A DNA stretch of 63,790 bases, filler included, from Reticulomyxa filosa (Eukaryota > Protista > Foraminifera): assembly GCA_000512085.1 (NCBI GenBank). It is 26 parts of 26 records of this genome, joined end to end, with 100 filler letters (N's around TTAATTAATTAA, not from the genome) between each part and the next. Parts side by side here need not be neighbours in the genome. Positions count along the whole stretch, not along the records: positions 53,040 to 54,169 come from ASPP01022443.1; positions 54,270 to 56,434 come from ASPP01015072.1; positions 56,535 to 57,661 come from ASPP01018145.1; positions 57,762 to 59,428 come from ASPP01045412.1; positions 59,529 to 61,542 come from ASPP01005867.1; positions 61,643 to 63,790 come from ASPP01008708.1; 20 more parts are not named here. One strand, given 5' to 3'. This document shows positions 53,540-63,790 of this stretch, one piece after another. A program made the translations under genes and the position numbers. The notes under the pieces are model-generated. The model did no database searches. It had not been told where the DNA came from and was given only the letters and a program-made list of their open reading frames with translations. Every line of letters starts with the position of its first letter. Positions within the stretch are counted from its first letter, which is position 1.

Positions 53540-53935
53540 ACATGACATGACCATGTGCAATTGCTGGTGAACTTAAGTCGCCATAACATGGAGCAGCACC
53601 TGCCTTTAAGGTGGAAAAAGCGCTGTTTGCGCAAAGGAGGAATCTGCAACACAGCTGACTAGCAATTAAATTGCAAGTAAGTGGTGATACAGATCCTTTT
53701 TTGCACATCCAGAGCTATTTTCCCCAAGGCATGGTCTCTCCAATACCACTTATGGATATCAATTCACATATCATCCGAATGATCACAAAGCCATTATTGC
53801 ACACAATCTTAAATCCACAAACTGGTCCTGCTCATATTACAATTAACAACAGCACAAATCATTTATGGTGAGCTTTGTTGATAACCACCGAACAAATAGA
53901 GCGATCTCCAAATCAAAACGTGATATATGTGGTCA
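53540..53935 (-). pseudogene. Possible decayed canonical Kelch-repeat gene
   Basis: SLYLFGGY, INDL and SDDM*ID...W occur in shifting frames with stops. Confidence 0.3.
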
Positions 53936-54269
53936 TGTCAAGTTATTTTTATTTTTTTTCATTGTAATAATTACATAAACATATGTTTTTAATTGTCACG
54001 TGTATAGATTGGGCAAATATTGGGCGCGAGTGAGCAAATTGTGAATTGAAAAAAAAAGAAAATGCGGGGTAGAAACCACCCCCGTCTCCGAAAGGAGAAA
54101 TAATGGTTTGTTTTATTTGTCTTTTTAAAAAAAAAAAATATGTTTAAGTGTTTTGTGTTTTGTGTTGTTNNNNNNNNNNNNNNNNNNNNNNNNNNNNNNN
54201 NNNNNNNNNNNNNTTAATTAATTAANNNNNNNNNNNNNNNNNNNNNNNNNNNNNNNNNNNNNNNNNNNN

Positions 54270-54965
54270 CAGTCTTAAGTTGATTCAGCCAAAATCGATC
54301 GGTGGTGCCTTTGGCAGCACTCGACTTCGCAAAAGTGGTTGTGGTCGTGGCTGGGTCTGTATCTTTTTTTAAGGATGAAATACGTGGGTCATTAAACTGT
54401 GCCGTGTACACGGGTGCCAGCACGATAACGCACCACAGGGCCTGAAACAACCAGAAGCTGATCAGGTTGAACAGCTTGGGAACACCCCCTGCCTTCGCCG
54501 GTGTCAACCATGTTTCCCCTTGTGCTCGTTTCGGAAACAGCATATACAAACGCTTATCTTCGCCTAGCTTTAGCACGCGATACAACAGATACGAGGCCAA
54601 TCGTGCCGACCATAAACCCACACAAGAGGTTAATAAAATTTGGCTTTACATTTTTTTTTTTAAAAAAGGGGGGAGGAGGACATTTCCAATCTTTTGTTAA
54701 AAAAAGTTTTTTTTCATGTATATTTGAAAAAAAAGGAGACGTGTTTTCGAGTAGTTTTTTTTTTTTTTTAATGGGTGTTTGTTTACCTAGCGCGAAAATT
54801 CTTGGACTTGAGCAACCCAGCAACACCGGCCAAACCAAAGCTAATGCAACCCGCAAAATCTTGAACCTTGTGCGATTCGGTCAGAAACGTTACGGCGAAG
54901 CCAGCTAGATTGATACCCGCCGCTATTTTCGCGGTGGCGATTAAACCTGCCCACGTACTTGACAT
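54270..54965 (-). CDS. DUF1295 (steroid 5-alpha-reductase-like) membrane protein, 3'-partial; exons 54965-54787 and 54643-54270
   Basis: SHKVQDFAG..SF, LWSARLASYLLYRV...GEDKRL and FWLFQALWCVIVLAPV. Confidence 0.85.
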
Positions 54966-56534
54966 TATTGATATTGAATAGTTTTTTTTTTATCGGAGCT
55001 TATTTGGTAAACGACTTTTTGCTTAAACGCTGGGCCAATGCCCAAGGCACTTTTTCTTTTTGAGTTAGAAGCTGTTATGAAAAGTGGTCATTTTTTTGAA
55101 GCTTTTCTCCAAAAAACGAATAGAATTGACAATTTTCAAACAGTTTAAAACAAAAAATATTTTTATCTAATTTATGCTTGCTACCTTTTGTAACTCCAAT
55201 CTAGTTCTCAGTAAACTGAAGTGTGCACAGACGACGGGAGAAGAAAAATAGTAAGTAAAATACTGCTATAATATTAGACGCGTTTGACACCTCCTTTTTC
55301 TTTTGAATTGACCAGAGGTTAAAGTTTTATTTTCACGTGCTCGGATTTCTTCAAAAGCACTCTTTAAAGAAATTGTACAAAAATCTAAACATTGCCTTCT
55401 TTTTGCTTACAATTCAATGTCAAAACTTGCATATAACTTTTTTAAGAAGTACAAATTTTATACTTTTGCAAAAAACTGGCTATCTTGGTTTTTCTTGTAA
55501 GTAAATCCCTTTGTAACGCACCTGAGATCTTTTCACAGACCACAGCCATACAAACACCACATTCTGTGTAAGTGAAAAGAAGAAGCAAAAAAAGGAGCGG
55601 GGACAACCCGCAATATAGAAAAGAAAATGGCACAGCTCCAAGGTGCATCAGCTGTTCCTTTTTTTCTTTATGCGTGTTTGAATTTGCTATTAAGTTACTA
55701 TGTGTTGGAGCGTGTGTATTTATCATGGAAAAGCAGTTTCTTAGGCACCTCCTCTCGGGTCATACTGTTTTTAAGTTTAGCCAAAAAAAAAAAAAAAAAT
55801 TGAACTATTTTTTTTTTTTAGTGTGGCTTTACAAATTATTAAAAAAAAAAAAAATTGATGCTCCCCCTCTTTTCAATCAAAAGCATGTATATGTTTCATG
55901 TTGGACGATATTCGATTAATGGCGGGGAGCTTAATGAAGGAAAGCGCAGCACAAGGAGTAGATTTCAAAAACTTTTTTCTGATGGTTTCGTTTATGCGTT
56001 TTATATTGGTGCCGTTATTATTTGTTCATTATGGTGTGTTTGTCAAAGCCCCTGCAAAAGTTCAAACAACTTTATTATTATTTAAACAAAAACAAAGGGG
56101 GGGGGGATCATTTTTTTTTAAAAAAAAGGGGGTGTCAACATGGCAACATCTTCCAAACTTTCAATTTTCATATCTGAACTTCCCTTTTTTTTTTTTAAAA
56201 AAAAAAAAGGAAAACTCCAGTAAAAGTTCACTTCAAATGGATGAAGCAAATAGGCGGAAGCAATCCGCAAGTGAAATTTTCCGAGAGTGACATAGCGCTG
56301 CTTTCGACGCCACACGAGAAGGCATCAGCGCAAAGCAGTCGGAACAGCTTGCAACAGAACTGGGGGTCGAGTGCGAACGACGGAGAAGACAACGACAACA
56401 ACAACAACAACAACAATGACCACATGGAGATGGGNNNNNNNNNNNNNNNNNNNNNNNNNNNNNNNNNNNNNNNNNNNNTTAATTAATTAANNNNNNNNNN
56501 NNNNNNNNNNNNNNNNNNNNNNNNNNNNNNNNNN

Positions 56535-56962
56535 GCAAGGGTGACTGCGTACCTTTTGTATAATGGGTCAGCGACTTACATTCAGTGGCGAGGTTAACCG
56601 AATAGGGTAGCCGCAGGGAAACCGAGTCCGAATAGGGCGATTCAGTCGCTGGGTGTAGACCCGAAACCAAGTGATCTATCCATGGCCAGGATGAAGGCAC
56701 CGTAACAGGTGCTGGAGGTCCGAACCGACTAGTGTTGCAAAACTAGCGGATGAGCTGTGGATAGGGGTGAAAGGCTAAACAAACTTGGAAATAGCTGGTT
56801 CTCTCCGAAAACTATTTAGGTAGTGCCTCAAGTATTACCATCGGGGGTAGAGCACTGTTATGGCTAGGGGGTCATGGCGACTTACCAAACCATTGCAAAC
56901 TCCGAATACCGATGAGTACAGCTTGGGAGACAGAGCACCGGGTGCTAACGTCCGGACTCAAG

Positions 56963-56995
<33 letters not shown>

Positions 56996-57041
56996 CAAAA
57001 TTGGCTAAGTGGGAAACGAAGTGGGAAGGCTAAAACAGTCA

Positions 57042-57073
<32 letters not shown>

Positions 57074-57661
57074 GAAAGCGTAATAGCTCACTGATCGAGT
57101 CGTCCTGCGCGGAAGATGTAACGGGGCTAAGCCAGTTACCGAAGCTGCGGATGTGCAATTTATTGCAAGTGGTAGGAGAGCGTTCTGTAAGCCTGTGAAG
57201 GTGGGTTGTGAAGCCTGCTGGAGGTATCAGAAGTGCGAATGCTGACATGAGTAGCGTTAAAGGGGGTGAAAAGCCCCCTCGCCGAAAGCGCAAGGTTTCC
57301 TACGCAACGTTCATCGGCGTAGGGTGAGTCGGCCCCTAAGGCGAGGCAGAGATGCGTAGCTGATGGGAAACAGGTCAATATTCCTGTACCGATCAATAGT
57401 GCGATGTGGGGACGGAGAAGGTTAGCTCAGCCGGGTGTTGGATGTCCCGGTTCAAGCCTGTAGTCGTGCCTGGTAGGCAAATCCGCCGGGCTTAGATGAG
57501 GGGTGATAACGAGTCTGCTTGCAGACGAAGTGAGTGATACCCTGCTTCCAGGAAAAGCCACTAAGCTTCAGCTATTGACGACCGTACCGCAAACCGACAC
57601 TGGTGCGCGAGATGAGTATTCTAAGGCGCTTGAGAGAACTCAGGAGAAGGAACTCGGCAAA
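56535..57661 (+). rRNA. rrl: Bacterial 23S rRNA internal fragment, Betaproteobacteria-like
   Basis: Conserved LSU segments GTAGACCCGAAACC, GGCTTAGAAGCAGCCATCATTTAAAGAAAGCGTAATAGCTCACT and GAAGGAACTCGGCAAA. The taxon is inferred from remembered signatures. Confidence 0.97.
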
Positions 57662-59672
57662 NNNNNNNNNNNNNNNNNNNNNNNNNNNNNNNNNNNNNNN
57701 NNNNNTTAATTAATTAANNNNNNNNNNNNNNNNNNNNNNNNNNNNNNNNNNNNNNNNNNNNTAACGAGCATTTGCAATCGAAAAAGCATACCCGGTCCTA
57801 TCTTGCTTGGCCAACACACACAATCTTTCCACTCCACATTAGTCCCACACTCGCTATAACAACAACTTTCTTCTTCATTCTTCCTACCAATCTCTTTCCA
57901 TCAATCAAACACAAGCCGAAATCGGAGAAGCGCTACGAGATAACAACGGAAGAGCAGCTGATGATGTTGTTGCAATCACATTGGAGAAGAGCTGAAGGAG
58001 CAATTCGATCGCCATTATCAGCCGCATTTGCAAATGCTAAGCGACGCCTCACTTGGGTGCTTCTTGAAGCAGCTCCTTGGCCAAATTGTTCATTCTATCT
58101 TGCCCCGTGGCACCGCTACTATACCCTAATAAAATCCATTGTCATTGCCAGTCTCTATTATCCATTCATAATAACAATAAAGATAATGTAAAAAACTTGG
58201 AGACAATAGCAATGAACCAAGACAAAACGTCAATTAAGTCTCTGAATGGATACGATGAGGAAGCTGAGTCAATTTTGGTGAGACTGTATCAGATTTTGTG
58301 ATACTCGCTAAAGCAGTGCAAAAAGCTGACGAAATCATATACGAGTGTATGCACAAGGAGTGAGCATTGAAATCATGTGGAAGAATCTGCAGTTGAAGCT
58401 GCTCATTCGACGTATGAGCTTCTTCAAGTACTGGTACGGAGACTGCACTACTGATAAGTCTTCTTCTTCTACTACCGTCATTCATGACAACAAATTCTTT
58501 GCAAAAAGACAAAATGACGGTAAAAAAGAACCAGTTTTCCTCACGTCGCCCAAGTGTCACTGAGTTAGAATGTGACGTCATCGACTTTGGAGACAAATTG
58601 GCAAATCAAGACAAATATGAACTCGTCATATTTGGAATGATTTCTATCTCAAACAGTATCCTAAAAAAATAATGTTACATATATATATGTATGTATATAT
58701 TTGTATATTTGTATATATTGGTAATATTATTTGCTGAAATATGACAGATTCAAAAGTTCAAGATTGAACCCCTTTTTATGATTTGAAATACTTGTTGTAT
58801 TACGTCGTGCAAAGATATTGACAAAAAGTTGCAATCGCAAACGGTGAGGCATATCGTCACAGATGACAAAGAAATGTCTTTGAAAGTATTAACAAATACA
58901 CCAATGAAGCATCAATTGTCAATATGACATTCGTTTTTGCATTTTGCATTTTAAATCTGTTATTATTATTAATTTTTTGGAAATACCAAAAAAACAAATA
59001 ACTCAAAACTAGAATTTTCTTCATGAGTTTTCTCTAGTTGCGTACTAAAGCTAATATTTTGTGAAATTATATTTGTAGGAACACAACCTATATCAAAATA
59101 TAGCATAAAATAATACAAATCAATATAGTAATGCATGACACAATACACATATAACTTCAATGAATTAAAGTAATACTACATTATCAATGCAACAAAGTAT
59201 TGTAAATATATTTCCACTGTTTTCCGTTGTAGAAATTAAAATAATGCAAAGATATTTGCGACAAATCAAAACACATATCCAATACTTCAACAAGTTAATA
59301 CCTTTATGGTCAATATAATTCAATATTCAAAATTCAATCATGATCTTTTTGTTCATATATACTAGAGATCGTGTGTAGTCCGAATCTGAAATCAGAATTC
59401 TTCTATGACAAAAACAATTTAATATTAGNNNNNNNNNNNNNNNNNNNNNNNNNNNNNNNNNNNNNNNNNNNNTTAATTAATTAANNNNNNNNNNNNNNNN
59501 NNNNNNNNNNNNNNNNNNNNNNNNNNNNTTTTTTTTTTTTTTTTTTTTTTTAAAAAAAAAGGGGTATGTTAAAAAATTTGAAAGAGAAAAAAAAAGCCCC
59601 CTTTTTTTTTTTTTTTTTAAGGGGAGGGAAAAAAAAGTAGAAATCAATACAAAACAAAAACCACTCACATAC

Positions 59673-60013
59673 CTACCCGGTGGGTCTGGCAAATCCAGTT
59701 CCAACAATAAGTCCGAATCTTTTTCTGGATCCAATGGGGGCGCCGTTGGCTGCATCTTCAAACTGGCTTGGAGGCTCTCTGACTTTGTTATAAATACATT
59801 TAGATTCTGCTTCACCAGTCGTCTTTTATTTGGGTCTTGCTCTTGTTTTACAATCACCAAAAACAACTCAATCCCATGGATATACACGTTGTAGGCTCGC
59901 TTCAAGTCGTTCTGTGCTTCCAACTTTTTTGCTTCCTCTATCGCCCCAAACGCTTGGTCGTAAAGAGTTGACAAAGACATTATTCCCTCCCCTTCATAGG
60001 ATGACTCTGCCAT
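59673..60013 (-). CDS. MIT-domain protein, first exon
   Basis: AFGAIEEAKKLE...AYNVYIHGIELFL...EQDPNKRRLV...FITKSESL fits the MIT three-helix bundle. Followed by PTAPPL and LDLPDPP. Confidence 0.85.
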
Positions 60014-60522
60014 TTCTAACACGAAGTTATTTCTAATCTTAATCTAGTCACAAAGTTTACTATTATTAATCTCCAAATTATAAATTTTTTTTTTGACTTC
60101 AAAAAAATTTATAGACTTTTTTCCTTTACAAACTTTAGATTTATAGTAAATTAAAAATTGCTGTAAAGATCAACCATTTTTTTTTTCTTTCACACACACG
60201 GTAACAATTCACCAATCGTCAGTATCCTTCTGGGTTTTTTTTTGTAAAAAAAAGGTAGTGGGAAACTGTTCACTAAAGTTTCCCCAAACAGATTTTTCTA
60301 AAAATTTCAAACAAGCTTGGATGACAACCATCCCAAAAGTCGCCTCATCCGTGGCAGAGGCAATTCAACGTGCAGCCCTTTCAATAAATATCAAACCTAA
60401 GCCGCGTATTATTCTGTCTTCGTTTGCTTGTGTTTGAGTTTTCTTAAATTTGTCCGGGTGTACAAGAGAATGAGGACCACTACACGAAGATTAACAAACA
60501 CAAAAAAAAAGGACTAAAAAAC

Positions 60523-61442
60523 GTGAAATCAAAGAACTATTCTCGTGACTTGCAAAGACAGCAAGCAAAAATAAAGTTTGAACCGGTGTATCGGCCACCG
60601 TTACTAAAAACTCACTACATTCCATCAGACCATTGTGCTCCGACTCTGCGCTACGCAAGTCCTCCTTTGCCTTGGGACTTGGTTAAAGGTTGGTTTCTAA
60701 TCACTCAATTTTTTTAATTTTTTTTTTTTAAGAAAAAAAAAAGGATCTTTGAATATGATCAAATTACAAGAAGTGACAATGGGATACGGGTTGTATTTTT
60801 GAAAAAGTGTAGACACATACTTGGCACCAATGGTGAACGAAACAGAAGCCTACGCAATTCCAGAAGAACTACCAGACAAATTTGTGGTCTTTTCTCCTGA
60901 TGATTATAAGTTTTTACAACAAAAAAAACAAATATGGGGTTGAAAAGATGAGATCAAGAAGTATATGTATATAATACACATACGTGTAATATATACATAT
61001 ATAAATACATATACATATATATATATATATATTTATATATTTATATATTAATGACAATAACAGAATGCGACAATACAAAGTAATGAAAGGAGATCGTGTA
61101 ATGATCCCCTTACTCATGAACCAGGAAACAGGGTATCCGTTTGTGGTCAATGAAAAAGTTGTGTTTGATACGGTATTGTTGGCAGCTTCACGTGAACACA
61201 CATTGATTGGAAGACCTCTTGTTCCAGGGGTTCAGGTCATCGCCACTGTCGAAGAGATCACACATTTGTTGAGAAAGAGGTTCATTTGGAAACGCAAAAG
61301 GGAAGAAAAAAAGATCGTTCGAGGATCACGTGAACTTGTCACTATTTTCAGAATTGATGATATCATTTGCGATTTTGCCAAATATGTCTCGCAACGAGAC
61401 TTAGAACTTGACCCTTCGACAAACAGCCACAAATCACAATAA
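60523..61442 (+). CDS. MRPL21: Mitochondrial ribosomal protein bL21-like, multi-exon (last exon 61064-61442)
   Basis: QYKVMKGDRV...KVVFDTVLL...TLIGRPLVPGVQVIATVEE...RGSR..VTIFRIDDI. 5' exons are uncertain. Confidence 0.8.
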
Positions 61443-61665
61443 TTATAAATATCTCAGTCACCATTTTCTTTTAACTCCTTCGTTTTCTCAGTTTCTATCA
61501 ATGTGCTCAAAATCTATTCACTAAACATTTCTTTTTCTTTTTNNNNNNNNNNNNNNNNNNNNNNNNNNNNNNNNNNNNNNNNNNNNTTAATTAATTAANN
61601 NNNNNNNNNNNNNNNNNNNNNNNNNNNNNNNNNNNNNNNNNNAAAAAAAAAAAAAAAAAAAAAAA

Positions 61666-63600
61666 TTGTCTTGCACCGCGTGGCAACAGAAGACCTCAAG
61701 TAAAGGGAAGAAGAATTGGATGACGAATAAAAACACGAACAACAATCAAGACGACGTGGAGATGAAGAAAGGGGATACAGAACCGGTGACGACGGCGGTG
61801 GTGGAGAGCGACACGAATTGGACCATGTTTCGATTGGGCAATGGACAGTACCAATACCAACTGACTAAGCCCTTGCATACGTGGAGTGTGAAAGACGTAG
61901 TGCAATGGTGCGGCGTGGTGCTGCAAGGTGTGTTCAAGCCTTTCGCCAAGGCATTTGAGCGCCATGAAATCAACGGGGTTAAGCTAATCGAAATCACGCG
62001 AGAGCAGTTAGTGAAGCAAATCAAAATGTCCAAGCCGAAATTGCGTCAATGGTTCTTTGACGAAGTGAGAGCCCTCAACACGAGGAAGCCCGTTAGCATT
62101 CGACGAGACGTTGAAATTGCTCACAGTCTGCCGGAATCGTGTTCACTTCCATTGCAAACGGAATATGTTGGCAATCAAATTCAGGCTAGCACGTCCGCTC
62201 CTGAAATCTCTGTTCCTGTCGTTCACAATGTCCGTCCGACTGTTGTTTTTTAATGTTTTTGTTATTTTTTTTTTGTTCCCTTTTTTTTTTTTTTTTTTTT
62301 AGAAAAAAAAGAAAAATGATTTACAAAAAAAAAAAAAAAAGGGGGAGAAAAGGAGAAAGAAAGCGTTTTCAATAACACTTACAATTTTTGTCATTGTTAA
62401 ATTTGTTTGATCAGCCAGCAAAAAGAAGAAGTTTCATTGACGAAGCGACCAGTCTAAGCAAGGAGTATGAAGACGGCAAAGATGCGAAAAAGAGTAACAG
62501 TCATAACAAAAGCGGTAGCAATATTAGTGGCAATGATAACAAGGGCGACGAAGAGCGAAACAAGAAAAGGACGAAGCAGCACGAAAGGGTACACAGCGAA
62601 ATGACGAATTCCGACGTCGAAAGGGTTGCCAAAAAAATTATGGAGGGTATGCAAAGGCAATCTTTTGTGTATCGTGGTGGCAACGGTGACACCACGCAAC
62701 AGCCGTTGTTCGCAGCTACCAGTTTATTTTTTTTTTTTTTATCTTTAAAAAAAAAAAACATTAAAAATAAATTGAACCTTTGGCACTTTGTTAAATTTGG
62801 TTAATAAAAAAAAAAAAAAAAAAGTCCCCCGATTGTCGAAAGTAACGGTGGCCTTTCCAAGCAAAAATCCACTGTTCAGTAGCCACGGATCGCTGCCGTC
62901 GTTGCCAAAGCCCAAACGCAAAACACGCCCACTTTTGGTACACACTTTGAGTCTGCCAGAAAGGCACTCGAACGGGGACTATGTCAGCTTGCGCGGACCC
63001 ATTGTACTCGTCAAGCCGCAGTCCACGCCGAGAGAACAAGGACCTCATCCAGACCTGTTTTGGAAGCAAACTAACAATAAAGGCAAATCGACTGTCCCCA
63101 CTCCACTTGTCGACGCAGTCAAAGTCCAGAAAGATCCCACTGATGAGGTTTGTTTGCTCTCTCAATGTTTAAAAAAAAAAAATTGTGACATATATGTGCA
63201 TATATATATGTATATATATAAATATATAGAAAAGCCAAGTATTATCAATGTCACAAAGTGCAAAAGAAACCAATGAGAAGTCATCTTTGCAAGGGTATCG
63301 AATAATAATAAATGAAGCGTCACATCCTCGAACCAGTGACCAACACAAGAAAAACTTGCCGTCGCTGCTTTTGTCTCAAATCGAAGCTAAAGAGACACAA
63401 ATGGTCGAAAAGATGGACTCATTGTCTCCATCGTCGTCAGAACATGAGGAGTACAAAATTATCACCAAAGCCGGATCCGAACTGGAAGACGAACTAGAAC
63501 TGGAGCAAGACGATGACGAAGAAGAAGAAAATGATGACGAAGAAAACGGTAATGATAATACAATAATGACGGTGATGATGATGATGAAAGCTACACTGAT
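61666..63600 (+). CDS. SAM-domain protein with low-complexity tail, multi-exon, partial
   Basis: WSVKDVVQWC...FAKAFERHEINGVKLIEITREQL..IKM...LR is a SAM domain. Later exons are inferred from GT-AG boundaries. Confidence 0.75.
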
Positions 63601-63750
63601 GGTTTGTGGACACGCAATCGCAAAACTGGCGTTGTATCGACGTCAGCGCAATCACCCAATGTCCCACTCCACGAAGCCGCATACGAAGATGAGCCAATCG
63701 ATTTGGGTATTTTTTGTTCTTTGTGTTTTGACTCCATCCTTTCGATCTTC

Positions 63751-63788
<38 letters not shown>

Positions 63789-63790
63789 AA

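Noticed and set aside
55418-56434. Possible plus-strand multi-exon gene
   Set aside because: Exon boundaries and product could not be established from the sequence.
56479-57709. Short ORFs across the rRNA contig
   Set aside because: They are spurious translations of 23S rRNA.
57762-58672. Zinc-finger-like HLQSKKH and broken downstream ORFs
   Set aside because: The motif is truncated at the contig edge and the frames are interrupted, so no product can be supported.

Overview
This is not one contiguous locus. It is 26 short contigs joined by 25 artificial 100-nt linkers (N44-TTAATTAATTAA-N44), so adjacency across a linker has no biological meaning. Twenty-four contigs are AT-rich, intron-containing protist DNA. 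The expanded WD40, Kelch-like and RING-TRAF-WD40 families point to a foraminiferan such as Reticulomyxa (inference from remembered family signatures). Two contigs are bacterial: a GC-rich FkbM-type methyltransferase plus PhyH fragment, and a Betaproteobacteria-like 23S rRNA piece. Recognisable eukaryotic genes include class I-type PI3K, midasin, PI4KIII-beta, a BEACH-WD40 protein, endonuclease V, a LicD-family protein, a PPPDE-like peptidase, a DUF1295 protein, bL21m, and MIT, SAM, UBA, CUE and Smr domain proteins, plus many pseudogene fragments. Most interesting: (1) a ~34-codon phase-0 exon shared by two beta-propeller families, C-terminal on Kelch-like and N-terminal on WD40 genes, where it occupies the slot a RING-TRAF module fills in a paralog, a candidate lineage-specific E3-adaptor 'box' system; (2) a type III hammerhead-ribozyme-like fold; (3) a PGM3/AGM1 homologue that has lost its catalytic motifs and gained charged tails; (4) a family of large helical proteins carrying a SecA-like ATPase; (5) introns ending in poly-A rather than polypyrimidine tracts. 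All assignments are by-eye motif recognition; no searches were run.
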